Source: Schizochytrium sp. TIO01 (taxonomy: Eukaryota > Protista > Bigyra: Labyrinthulomycetes). From it: a DNA stretch of 64,000 bases. Both the position numbers and the translations under genes were made by a program. Under the pieces are notes generated by a model. The model was not told the DNA's origin. It saw only the letters and a list, made by a program, of their open reading frames with translations, and did no database searches. The stretch spans positions 2,890,747 to 2,954,746 of the forward strand of contig SMSO01000037.1 of the NCBI GenBank assembly GCA_004764695.1, written 5' to 3'. Shown in pieces: positions 42,212 through 54,000 of the stretch. Every line of letters starts with the position of its first letter. Position 1 is the first letter of the stretch.

Positions 42212-43889
42212 ATTTCATGACGGCATGCGCCTATAAGGCTTCCAGGAAAGTGAGAAACGAGCTTCGATCTTTTAAAGCTCCTGCGTGTCTGTCTGTCATG
42301 CCTTGCCATGGTCCACAGGCTTGCCAGCACCGCCTCTTGGTTCGAAGATTTCTTGAAAGCACCCAGCGCTACAAGTGTGCTCCCTGTAAAACAGCTTGCC
42401 TACGAAGCTTGCATCCCTCAAAAACCACCAATCAATCAGGCTTAAGGCCTCGCATCAGCGGCAGGCTGCATGAGATCTAGACTCTGGTATCCTGATCTCC
42501 ACAGATCACTTTCCACGCGCGCCAATGAACTATTCAATTCATTCGTTCCTACATTCCACACGCCATCCAAATGACGCTTTGCAATTAATTTATGGCTCCT
42601 ACCCTCCCTAACAGTCCGCTACCTCTCGCTAGCACGCCGGTACGTACGTACGTACCTCCCTCCAAGCTAGACCAGTACTGGGAAGGTACTACCATAACCC
42701 CTAAGCATAGGCGTAGCAGAGTGCTTCCAACGAGGAAGCTCATTGAAAGGGAGGAAGGAAGTCAAATTTATCGCTGACTGACTGCCATAGTACTACTACA
42801 GACCTCCTATCCTTATCCCTAGCTGGGAGTGAGATGTGCAGTCCTCAGAGGAAGGCCATCTACTAGTAGTCTGCTAGTGGTTTGGGTAGGATGAGAGTCA
42901 AAGAGTGAAGTCTTTTAATTTAGAAATAAGTTCTTAATTGTATGATAGTAGTTGGTAGTATCTGGTACTAGGCAGAAATAATAATGGATGAAAGAAAGGA
43001 AGACAGAAGAAGAGAATAATATGTAGTTGCGAAGTGCATTACATTGACCACTTCGCAAGTGTTGTCATAAGTTCATTAATCCACAATACGATTCTTCCGC
43101 ACGTGGATTGAAATCAAACGCCAATTGGTCCGTACTTGGCAGCTCGGTTCCTGCAGAGGCAGACTCGCGAGGAGGTGCCTGCTAACTAACTCGCGTTCTT
43201 GCGCGATTGAGGATTAAGAAAGAGAAGGACACAGGAGAGCAGGGCTGACTGCATGTGTGAGTGAAACCACAGAAACTAGATCGCAACAAAAAACTACCAC
43301 CGCGTTGCAAACCGCGGAACTTGGACTGCTGGGCCGCGTGGCTCCTTTCTGGACGACTGTATCGGGGAGTGACCTCGGTGACCCCTCTCTGTCGTACTGC
43401 CCAGTTCGGAGGGACTTCATTGCACGGTCGTCGAGTGCTCTCAGAGTGAAACGAAAGAAAGAGTCGCCTGGGGCAGATAGCAAGTACTAGATAGAAGAAG
43501 TATTAAGATCTCTAAAGACACAGCGTGCAGGGTTTAACATTAACGACCTTGCTCAGAGCTGCTGCGTGTGACAGATTTCGAGTGCAGGTGCAGGAAGACT
43601 ACCTACATAGTTAGTCTTAGGACGCAAATCATATTTTTGTTCAGGCAGGAGTCAACTAGTTGAGGAAGACTGAGATAGGATTTGGCTTAACAAGGCACTC
43701 GTGCACAACTCTTACAGTATTTTATAGAGGGGATCGATTTTCGTGGTGCTGGTTCAATTACGTTTCGGAGAAATCAACCTTGGGAGCCTATCTTGCCGCA
43801 AGAGGCATTTCATTTCTGTACGGTATTGGACACAGAGAGGAGCGTTGCGATAGAAGCAGTCACTAACTTTAGCTACGAGGCAAAGAAAG

Positions 43890-45242
43890 ATGGAGACTTC
43901 CGATGCACCATTGACATATAAGGTCTATCGTCGACGATGGTTTATGATGACTTTATACTGTCTCGCAAGCGCCTCTAATGCGCTCTTGTGGATTACCTTC
44001 TCACCAATCAATACACTAGTCCAATCATACTTTGGCATTTCTGCAGCTGCTGTCAATGCTCTTAGTATTGTCTTCCTTGCCGCCTACATCCCGTTCTCCT
44101 TCGCAAGCAATTGGGTCTTTAGTAAATACGGAACCTACGTGGGCATCGTTTTGGCCTCTGTTCTTGATTGCTTTTGTGGGCTATTGCGATTCCTCAGTAC
44201 CGAGAGCAACTCGAACGCACGGGGAAACCATCCGTATGCTGTACTTATGGCTGGGCAGGCTCTTGGCGCAATCGCGCAACCGTTCTTTACCAACGCCCCC
44301 GCTCTTCTGGCATCGAGATGGTTTCCTACTTCGGAACGTGACGTTGCGACTGTGATTATGTCACTTGCAAATCCAATCGGCATCGCAATAGGCTCGGTGT
44401 TGCCCACGGCATATGTTGTGGGTGATGACGTCGGGGTGGATATGTTTGACCTTCTCCTCGTAGAGTTTATTATTACAGCGGTCATATTGATTATTATTGG
44501 GCTTTTATTCAGAGACAAACCGCCAACTCCACCATCGAACAGTGAGTGTCTTAAAGCGGAGCAAAAGATGCCTCTCAAGGATGAGCTAAAGATGCTATTC
44601 ACAAATCGTCAGTACTTAATTCTCTTCGTGAGCTTTGGTACTGGTTTGGGTTTTTTCAACGCTCTAACAACCCTAGTAGAACAACTCACAGATAAGAGCG
44701 GGTATAGTACCGATGATGCTTCCCTTTTCAGTGGTCTCTTAATTGGTTGCGGTCTCATTGCCTCAATCATTGTAGGTCTCGTTCTCGACCGAACGCATTT
44801 CTATAATTCCTTTCTCAAAGGTCTCTTCGTCCTGGGAGGTATTTTTATCCTGGTTTTTGTATTGCTCATTCGTCCAAATTACAGTGGTCCGCTCGCATTC
44901 ATCTTTGCTGCCATGGGAGCGACGATGCTTCCTTTGCTTCCAGTGTCTTTTGAATGCGCCGCTGAGTGCACGTTTCCCGTCCGTGAGGACATGAGTACAG
45001 GTGGACTTATGAGTGCAGGCCAGCTTACTGGAATTGTCTTTATTGTTGTCTTGGGAAAGCTCTTGGATAGACAACCTCAGTATGAATCCTACGTGTTTGA
45101 GCCGGCATACATTCTTATTGTGGTGTGCATTGGCCTATGCGTACTTGGAATTCTCTTCTTCAAGGGAAAATATTTGCGCCTCGCAGCTGATCAGGAGCGA
45201 AAGGCCTCTCAGCAAGTGAGCTCTTCGACAGACCTCTTGTGA
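43890..45242 (+). CDS. MFS transporter, SLC49/FLVCR family (MFSD7/DIRC2-like)
   Basis: YKVYRRRWFMM...SNALLWITFSPI, GQALGAIAQPF, ASRWFPTSER, DKPPTPPS, ECAAECTFPVRE. About 12 TM helices. Confidence 0.9.
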   Translation: METSDAPLTYKVYRRRWFMMTLYCLASASNALLWITFSPINTLVQSYFGISAAAVNALSIVFLAAYIPFSFASNWVFSKYGTYVGIVLASVLDCFCGLLRFLSTESNSNARGNHPYAVLMAGQALGAIAQPFFTNAPALLASRWFPTSERDVATVIMSLANPIGIAIGSVLPTAYVVGDDVGVDMFDLLLVEFIITAVILIIIGLLFRDKPPTPPSNSECLKAEQKMPLKDELKMLFTNRQYLILFVSFGTGLGFFNALTTLVEQLTDKSGYSTDDASLFSGLLIGCGLIASIIVGLVLDRTHFYNSFLKGLFVLGGIFILVFVLLIRPNYSGPLAFIFAAMGATMLPLLPVSFECAAECTFPVREDMSTGGLMSAGQLTGIVFIVVLGKLLDRQPQYESYVFEPAYILIVVCIGLCVLGILFFKGKYLRLAADQERKASQQVSSSTDLL

Positions 45243-45730
45243 TAAGTTGGCATCGGCTACTTTGCCATTCTTGTGTTTATCTTGCTTTGCATTGTTGCCA
45301 TAACCTCCCAAGGCAAAGCTACCATTGTTCTCGTTAAAAATGTCCAAATCAATCCCCCAAACTACTACAGGATTTATATGGATGTAATTTACTAATCTAT
45401 GTTCCTCCACCTTTAAACAAAAACAAACAAGAAAAGGCGTACCCAAAATAAATAAAGAGTGGAGAAGTTTGATTCTTAGACATGTTTGCCTGAGGAAGTT
45501 TTCCGAAAGTATCAAAATGTGTATATAATAAAGGGAAATTACATCTATAAGAATTTATTCTTTAGCCTTTTTGATAAAAAGGAGAAATAGAGAATAAAAG
45601 GGGGTTAAGAAAAAAATACTTGTCACACTACAGCTTCATTACACACGCTTCGCCTTCGCAGCTAGTATAGTTGCTTGTTTTCATACTTGCTCATTTGCAT
45701 ACTTGAAAGGCAGCGCATTCGTTAATAGAA

Positions 45731-46945
45731 TCATGCGTCTCGCAAGGTGCCGAGGTTATCTGCAAAAACAGTCTCAATCGGGGTAACGGTATCCGCGACA
45801 GGTGGCATGGCTTTTAGAAAGGGCCACTTAAGACGGTCCGCCCGGACAGAAAGCTTGCGTATCCGATAATCATCAAGTGGGTCTTCAACGGTGACCGCAA
45901 TCCGCATAAGGTCTGGTGAAGCCGCTCTACCTTGCACTAAGCAATAGCATCCGTTTAAATGGCTTACGGTGCTTGAACGCAGACCCTGCAGCATTGCTAA
46001 AGATCCTTTGTCCCACAGCAGTGGCGCTGTTGCCGACTGTGCACAGAGATGTACTTCATCCACGCTGATATCCTTAAGCTCATACCCATTGCCGCTGCTG
46101 CTCTTGGACCCTCGTTCTTGCCTGCAAATGCGTACCACCAATCGATGCCTCCTGTCCTTGGACCTTCCCACTACAACGCAACGTGCTCCATTGAGGTAGG
46201 CCCTCTTAAGCCCATGGAGTTTGGTCATTTGACCTGGAGACCACGGCACAACATGTGCGTCTTCGAACGCGTCCTCGTCCTCAATCATAATTTGCTTTTC
46301 TACATAGTCAAGGCCAAGGTCGTCAATGTCAATATCTTCTCCTAGAGAGAGAGCCGTAGGAATTTTGATGTCCTCTTCTGTGGAAGGCATCATAATCTGC
46401 TTCTTGAATGCACTTCCTCTCGCTTTGCGCACAAGTTTGACCTGGTCGAGGCTCGCCCTCAAAAACAATTGCCCTGGTCCTGCTAGTGAGACTATGATAT
46501 AGCCATCTTCGGAGACCTGGCTGACCCTTGCGTGTTGGCCTTCGAGACTTTCAGGTTCGTCAGAAGCCTCTTGAGATGCCAAATCTTCACGCAGAAGAAT
46601 TCTGCGGCACTCTTGACCGTACCTGAATTGCACAGTATCTCCAACGCAAATTTTTTCCTCGAACCTTAAATTTCGAGCTTGCACGGAGACTCTCGAGCCA
46701 CCCTTGACACGAACTCGAAACCTGAGCTCGCCAGAACTATTCTCGGAGGCGCTCTCTACAACTCCTCGGGCCCCGTTCAAATCTGATCTGCGTTCGAGGT
46801 TGCAAAGTCTCACGCGAGCGGCTTCGTACACGCCACACTCGAGCCCATTTCGGTCATCCAGGCCATCGTCGAAGCCATCGGAGCTCCCTCCTAAAGGCGA
46901 TCCTCGAATCGGGCCGCAGCCCATGCAGCTGGAGTTCTGACCCAT
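45731..46945 (-). CDS. Hypothetical protein with 3-4 SH3/KOW-like 'GL...LNG..G.V' modules and an N-terminal acylation motif
   Basis: ATG at 46945 gives MGQNSSCMGC. Repeats VRLCNLERRSDLNGARGVV, TKLHGLKRAYLNGARCVV and AMLQGLRSSTVSHLNGCYCLV. Confidence 0.75.
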   Translation of the reverse strand: MGQNSSCMGCGPIRGSPLGGSSDGFDDGLDDRNGLECGVYEAARVRLCNLERRSDLNGARGVVESASENSSGELRFRVRVKGGSRVSVQARNLRFEEKICVGDTVQFRYGQECRRILLREDLASQEASDEPESLEGQHARVSQVSEDGYIIVSLAGPGQLFLRASLDQVKLVRKARGSAFKKQIMMPSTEEDIKIPTALSLGEDIDIDDLGLDYVEKQIMIEDEDAFEDAHVVPWSPGQMTKLHGLKRAYLNGARCVVVGRSKDRRHRLVVRICRQERGSKSSSGNGYELKDISVDEVHLCAQSATAPLLWDKGSLAMLQGLRSSTVSHLNGCYCLVQGRAASPDLMRIAVTVEDPLDDYRIRKLSVRADRLKWPFLKAMPPVADTVTPIETVFADNLGTLRDA

Positions 46946-47182
46946 CTTCACCTGCCAATCGCAGGGCCCTGCCGCCGCTCAGACGGCAGGCTCAAGCCGA
47001 GGCGTTGATGTTCTGCTGCGCAGTTCGGACCCTCTAAGACCTGCGACGAAAACGAAAAACATGAGAAGTAATACCTTCTAAGGTCACTAGGCAGTAATTC
47101 TACTACCCTCATACTATGCGCCTCTAATACCCCCTAGGACTACTTCTATATTTCAGGTCACTTTTTTTTCATTTTGCGATTC

Positions 47183-47260
47183 GAATGAATTGAATGAATT
47201 GAATGAATTGAATGAATTGAATGAATTGAATGAGTTGAATGAATTGAATGAATTGAATTG
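47183..47260. repeat. 9-bp tandem repeat (GAATGAATT)n, about 8 copies
   Basis: Seen directly. It produces the spurious NELNEL ORF. Confidence 0.95.
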
Positions 47261-48461
47261 GACTGCTACGATTGTGACTACCAAGGCACTACAATCTCGA
47301 CACCATGATTCTCATGGTAATTTCACTCACTCAAAGTTCTCCATCTTTGCTCCGTGCCAAAGCAAAGGCCAAACTCGATCGAAGTCGATGTCAACGCCAA
47401 AGAAATCAGCGACGAGTCTCGAGTGGAGGGAGGGGTCGAGCTCACCGCCGTGCCTCCGTGCACGACCCTCAGGTTTGGGTTGGCGGCATTCGGTTCTCTG
47501 CGGACTAATGAAGGAATGAGCTGCGAGAAGCAAGCTATGGCGAGTAATAGAAACAAACGGAAGCTCTCGGGAGGAAGTGAACAAAAGGGAGGCGCTCAAA
47601 CAAACTAAGAAGCATCTTGAAGCTGGCTATGCCAATCTGTGAAAACCGAATCAATCGCCTTGGCGTGCCAGAGGCCGTGCAAAGAGGTCGGTGTGTCGTT
47701 CGACGACGCTCGTTGATCTGATCGTCTGCCGGAGTGTTGAATTGGTTCATCTATCATGTTGTTTCTCCTTCTTCCTTTCAAGTTCCGAGGGTTAGGCAAT
47801 ATTTATTAACTTTACTTACTTATTTATCCACAAACACTAAACAACAAACACTAAACAAACAAACAAACAAACAAACAACTTGAAGCAAGCGCATGAATGA
47901 AGAGATAACTCAACGTGTTTCCCATCTCTCCGTTTGCCAGCCATTGCGACTCCCTTTTTGGCGTCGGAGGTGCCTGTTGTCTATGGATGCTTCTGCGCCA
48001 TCAAGCTATTCCGTTGGTGGTCCACGAAGATGAGAAGGAGCGTATTCGGCATCGAATTGTACCTGCGATGATGTCGATGGTCAGTGAGGAAAGAAAAAGA
48101 GCAACAAAGATCATATTTTAATTAATATTAATTATATTTATTTAAAAAAAAAAATTAAAAAAAAAAAAAAAAAAAAAAAGCGCTGCAGGTGCGCAAGAAA
48201 ATTAACGAGGTCGATGATTCTCCGCAAGAACAGTAGCAGGTGCGCAGGTATCTGCCGCCGCTCATGCATCGGCGGCATCGACACCAGCATTGCAAGCTTG
48301 CCGCCGCCCCCATCGCTGCCATCTTAGTCTTAAATATCCTCTCCATCGCCGTCGTATACGCCCATAGAGCAGCCGTAGAGAAACACCCATCGGTGCACAA
48401 GTGAGCTCGCAACCGCGCACGTGACTGCCCCAAACTCAACTAATAAGCACGTGTCCCTCCA

Positions 48462-48503
48462 AATGAATGAATGAATGAATGAATGAACGAATGAATGAAT
48501 GAA
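48462..48503. repeat. (GAAT)n microsatellite
   Basis: Seen directly. Confidence 0.9.
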
Positions 48504-49884
48504 CCTCGGATCGATCCCCCCGTCTCTAAGCGCTCCTTCGCTTCAACTCCTGGCCACTTGGCCGCGACCTCTGCACGTGCCCCTCCTCAGGCGCCGATGC
48601 CAACTAGCATCGCGGCGGCCATTGAAGACGTCGATCTGCGCCGCATTTGTCCATACATACAGAGATCGCGATCTCTGTATGTATGACAGATCGCTGCGTC
48701 GTTAATCTGAAGACCACTCTTGAATCTAAATGGGGAAGACACAATCATCGAATCACGGCACACATTGGTTGAATCACGGTATTCATCGCACGAAGCACAC
48801 ACGAACCCACATCACAGCAGACAAACGACAGTAACTATGATTGACCAATCGGTCAATCGATCAGTCAATCGATAAAATGATCAATCAATCGACCAATCCG
48901 ATTGATCTAAACATAACATAAACTCGCGCTCAAAACGCGTGGGCTGAGACCCTCAAGGAGGCGCCCCGGGCAAGAGCTCGCGAGCACCTGACGTGGCTGC
49001 GCATTGGCTGAAGAACCTGGAGATGGGTTTGCTTTTGAGCGGGTTCGCGCTTTAGAAACGAGCCCCGATCGGGTTCAAGTTGTTTGTTTATTCTTGACGT
49101 CTTTAGTCACGTGCGACGCGAGAACTGCGAAGTTCGATGCTTTGACCAACTCCTGAGACGGATGGGGTCAAACCCAAACGCAGGGGGGGCGCCGCTTGCC
49201 GCGATGGGGGCGGGGGAGAGCACGCACGCGTCGGTGAGGCCGTCCTGAACCCGCGGGGCGCAGGGGTCTTCAACATCCTGGAGGCCTTTAGTACTCGTCG
49301 TGCATCCCATTCAACTGAAGCCTTCGCGTGCGGGAGCGCTTCCAACCCAAGGGAAATTACATCGACTTGAGCGCAAGTGGCAGACCCTAGTTTCAAAGCG
49401 CCCTGGATGACATGTTTTGCGCCAGAGCCCACTCCGTGGCGGACAAGTCACACCACAATACAGCGAAGCCCGTGGGTCGCGAACCTCCCGCATTGGTGTG
49501 CGCCACGGTCAACCCGCTCATTCATCTCCGCGTGGGCTTCCTGAGATCTCTCTTCGCGCCCCTCGCCTGCCACCTGCCTTGCAAGTACGCTCCTACGTGC
49601 GTACGTACAGCGAGCGAGCTGCAAGAGTTCACGACGGCCAGCTCGAGGTGCCGGGAACTCCTGTGAAATGGGCTGTGACGATTCCGTGTCTCGACCGACA
49701 CTATGCTCCGAAAGCAACGCTGAGCTACAATACTTCCACGCTGAAGGTCTTCGAGAGACCATCAGTTATGTCACAAATTCGACTGCTTCGAAGCACAATT
49801 CCTCCGTCGATTGTGTACGTACGCACCTAGAAGTGAAGGCTTCGAAGCTGCTTTAAGAGAGCACCAAAGATGAGCTAGGCCACA

Positions 49885-49982
49885 GCAAGTCGTTGATTGC
49901 AAGTCGCTGATTGCAAGTCGCTGATTGGGAGTCGCTGATTACAAGGCATTGATTGCAAGGCGTTGATTGGGAGTCGCTGATA
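49885..49982. repeat. 14-bp minisatellite, 7 copies (consensus GCAAGTCGCTGATT)
   Basis: Units start at 49885, 49899, 49913, 49927, 49941, 49955 and 49969. Confidence 0.95.
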
Positions 49983-51006
49983 GGTTGCTTGGCAACTTGC
50001 TCAAGTCCGTGTTGGCCTGCTGTGGAGTGGGTTTCACGGCCAGATCTGGTCAGCTTTCCCCAGGTCTTCGGGTTTCCCTCACGTATGTCCACCTCTCTCG
50101 AGCACTTGTTCTACTTTTCCAAGTTGGACAAGCGACGATGGACCCACTCCTAACTTGTGATAGACACACATAGAGACTTTCGAAAAGAAAAGGCAATCAG
50201 GACCTCTCATTGTTTATTTATTCAAGTAAAAATAAATAATAAAGAAAAAATGTTCACAAGGACCTACCTAATATGCTATAATAGTATGCCACTCTCTTCC
50301 GCCAGCCAGAGGGAATGCGCCTAGATTCTCTAGCTCGAGTAGCAGTAAAAACTCAAGCCAAAGCAATAACTGATAACATAGCGTAAAATCTTCTACTTTA
50401 GGGAAAAGCTACTCAGACCAAAGCAAATCACCAACTCATTTTTTAATCTTATTTTATTTATTATAAAAAAGCTTATTAAAATTTCATATATATGATAGAT
50501 ATATATATATATATTTCTTTTAAAATTAAATTTATCAAAATGTAAAAAAAGAAGTTCACATATACAATATGGAACTTTTGGAACTGGTAACACATAAGGA
50601 ACGTGTGGAACAATTGGATAGTCTGGAACTTATGTAACGGGTCACAAGTAACGCCGCTCACTTCGAGGATATTATCCAAAAAGAAGAGCTATAGCTACCT
50701 TGTACTAAAGAGGGACAAATTAAACATGAAGAAGGAAGACTTTGCAATTGATCCTCCGTGGAGCAAGCGACGGAAGCGACGAGCTTAGCGTAGAAAGTAA
50801 AGGGAGATTGGCTCCCCCCGGAGTGGTGCTGCCCGAGTGGAAGCCAGAGGTCGAATTAGCTGGTAAGCGTCTTGGGGCCGTGTGAGAAGGTTTTTCCTTC
50901 GAATACGACCGGTGACCTGGCTAAGGAGCAGCTGGATGCAGCTGCAATCTTAACGTCCTCTGCAGCATTAGCGAAGGCCCTGAGCAGCACAAGCAACTTT
51001 GCGAAA

Positions 51007-54000
51007 ATGATGTCTCATGGAGATGGCGTAACCAGAGATTCTGAGGACCCTCCCCAGCTTGAGGATGTCAATCTCGATAATGACGACCACGATGTTGATG
51101 AGGATCAAATAGAAAACACCACTACACACTACGACCGACCCTCTTTAGACTCCAACGTGAGGCCTCGTAACGGAAGCTTGATCAAGGAAACTGAAGACAA
51201 CGTGGACCAAAATGGAGATAGTAATGATAGATTCCAGGAGAGGAACTCAAATAACTCTTGCAAAGACCTTCGAGACGCAGAAGATGTGGATCATGAGAAG
51301 GGTAATTCTCAAAGTAATTCTCAAAGTAAGTCTCACAGTAACACAGTTGCCCACTCTATAAAGGAAAATGGGCACATGGAAACTGCAGACAATAATGGGG
51401 GCGAGGACTCGGAGCCCATAGAAGTTGAGGAGGAGATCTCGCCGCTCCCTGCACAACAAAGCAGACCACATTCCCCCTCAGCTGCTTCAACAACATCTTC
51501 TGTATCAACAAGTACATCCTCAAAGAAATCGCTGCAAGCGGCAGTGTGTCGCGATCCATCTTTAAATGATGCATTGCTGCAGCTGCAGCTCTTACTCACT
51601 GCTCATATTGGAAGGTCATTCGGTATTATCTGGCCTTCAGAAAGTGTGGCTGCAAAACTTGTGGAGATTGGTTTCCCTGCTACACGTGTAAACCCCTTGG
51701 TATCTGTTACTCTACGTGACATCGAGCGAGGCCTTGATCAGGTATTGAACTATCTTGCGTTTCTCCTCCGTGATCGAACTGGGACAGTTGTGCCCATGTG
51801 CAAAGTTCTGCTTCGCGTACGTGAGCAGGCAGTCATGATGGATCCTGAAACTACCAAACGCGGCTTGCGAAGAACTCATCAGTTCGCCTCAGAAAAGGGT
51901 TTGAGTATGGAGAGTCTATTGTTTAGTACACTTAATGAACTTCTTGCCGGAGTGTCTGCAGCAGCGGTGCTAGAGGATATCAACACCAAAGGGGAAGCGC
52001 TCGTGAATAGCTTTGTGGATATCTCATATGAACACTTTTCTAAATACCAAAAGACCGCGGAGCCTTTAGCTCTGGAACCATGCATTGCCTTGATTGGACG
52101 CCTGTCATGGTTTTCTTTGCCTCGTACCCTTCACAACTTCTCGGCGCGTATGAATAAAGTCTACTTCAATGCTAGTGCCCTGGAGTTTGTTCCGTTCATG
52201 CAAGTTTTGACCAACCACGTAAAGTTCTCTCTTGATCGCACATCTGGGTGTCGTGCTGCCTGTTTAGCATTTGTTCAATCAATTGCCAAGCTTTTAAAAA
52301 CAACATCATGTGCTGAACTAATCGAAGAGGTATTCCGTTGTGTCGTGTGTATGTTGGCACGTTTCCGCGACGAATGGAAACCGCAACGTCTTCCACGACA
52401 GGGTTCATCCTCAAGCTCATCAGTATACTCTTCATCCTCCTCTGTACCTTCTGCCTCGGCCAATGCTATATCTAGTGGCAAGAACAACGGTGCAGATGAT
52501 CCTTTTGGGCCTGCCTACGAAACCATCTTCGGGTATGCGCACAGCTATGCATCGAGAGGCCGATACCTCCCGTCGAGCCTAAACGCTATGGAATCGATGG
52601 TCAGTTGGCAAGTCTTGGAAACACCTCATCTCCCATTGCTTAGTACCCAACACGATAGGCTTTGCAGTGACCTAGTGAAGCGCATTGACAATGCCGAAAC
52701 GCGGATTTCTGGTCTTGATCATATGCAGCGATACTTCAAGCTTTTACCTCGGAACTGTTCATATCTTGGTCTTGACGCGCTCTTTATGCTCCCAAAGATT
52801 CTGTTCATTGATAGCGCCATTCCACGTGCACAAGAGGCAGCGTTAATTAGCGCACTTATCGTTGAACTTGGTCGATGCTTTCCACGAATCTTCGATGAAA
52901 CTATGACTCGGGGACTTACAAACAACAAAGCAACGAGTGCCCAGCGTGCGATTTGTCTTAGCGCACTGTCTAAAGTACTGGCATTTTTCCCTGTCCCAGA
53001 GGAGAAGTCTCCTCTTCGTGGCTACACTAAGTTTGTGGTATCTCTCTCTGGTCGTGATTCTCCAGCAGTAACAGTGGCTGAAGCTGTTGCTTGTTTCCCA
53101 ATGCTTGGTATGCACAGTGAGCAAATGCTGCAAAACTGCGTCGACTCTGCGTTTGGATTCGACATGACACTAGTGGATGCTGGCCGTGATGCACTGATCC
53201 GTTTCTGTCAACATGGCGACATCTATGCGGAAAAGGCAATTATGGTCACTGTTGAATCACCCAGTTTGAAGCTTATATGCACTATGCAACATACAAAGGC
53301 TCCACAGGATACGCCTCAAATTTTGATAAGTGTGATTACGCTGGAGCGTGTTCTTTGCGCGGCTCTTGACAAGGGCTTTAGTTCCGCCGAGCTCATTGCC
53401 GAGGCGGGTGCCTCCTTACTTCTGGCAAGTACATATCCTGACGCAAAGGTACAAGCACGAGCCAATCTGGCACTTGATCGGATCGGCCTTATCAGGGATC
53501 CTAATAATGAAAACCCTTGTTTGCGCCGTGCGCTTGATAAGCTTCTCCTGGGGCTTCTCGGTGCAAGCGGTTCAGCTGACTCGTGCGGGGGGGCTCGCGT
53601 GCAAGAGCTTAATCGTATGCTTGCTCGCAAACCCGGGTTTTGCGATTTTGTCGTTTGGTGGAGGAACCAGTGCACTTTGATTTGTGCAGCGGAAGTGCAA
53701 CACAGCAACAAACCATCTTTTGTGCGGTCTCTTGTTCATGAATACCTGACCGCAACAAACAACCGCTTGCAAAGCGCTGCTCTTATCTCGCTCGCCCACC
53801 TGAAGGATTGTCATGATGTAATCGAGAAAAAAATTGCTATGCAATCTCTTCAGGCTCGGAATGAAATTTACAATGGTCTGTTTATTCGACTCATGGCAGC
53901 CCTTCGCGAAACATATTATGGTGGACCACTTGAGCGACGTATTCATCAAATGGTGCGCACTTGGATTCAAAGTTCTAACGATGAAATTGCGCGGCTGCAT

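Noticed and set aside
47190-47519. ORF beginning MNELNELNEL
   Set aside because: Translation of the 9-bp microsatellite from a TTG start.
49885-49982. Possible CRISPR-like array
   Set aside because: Contiguous 14-bp units with no unique spacers, no cas genes, and a eukaryotic context.
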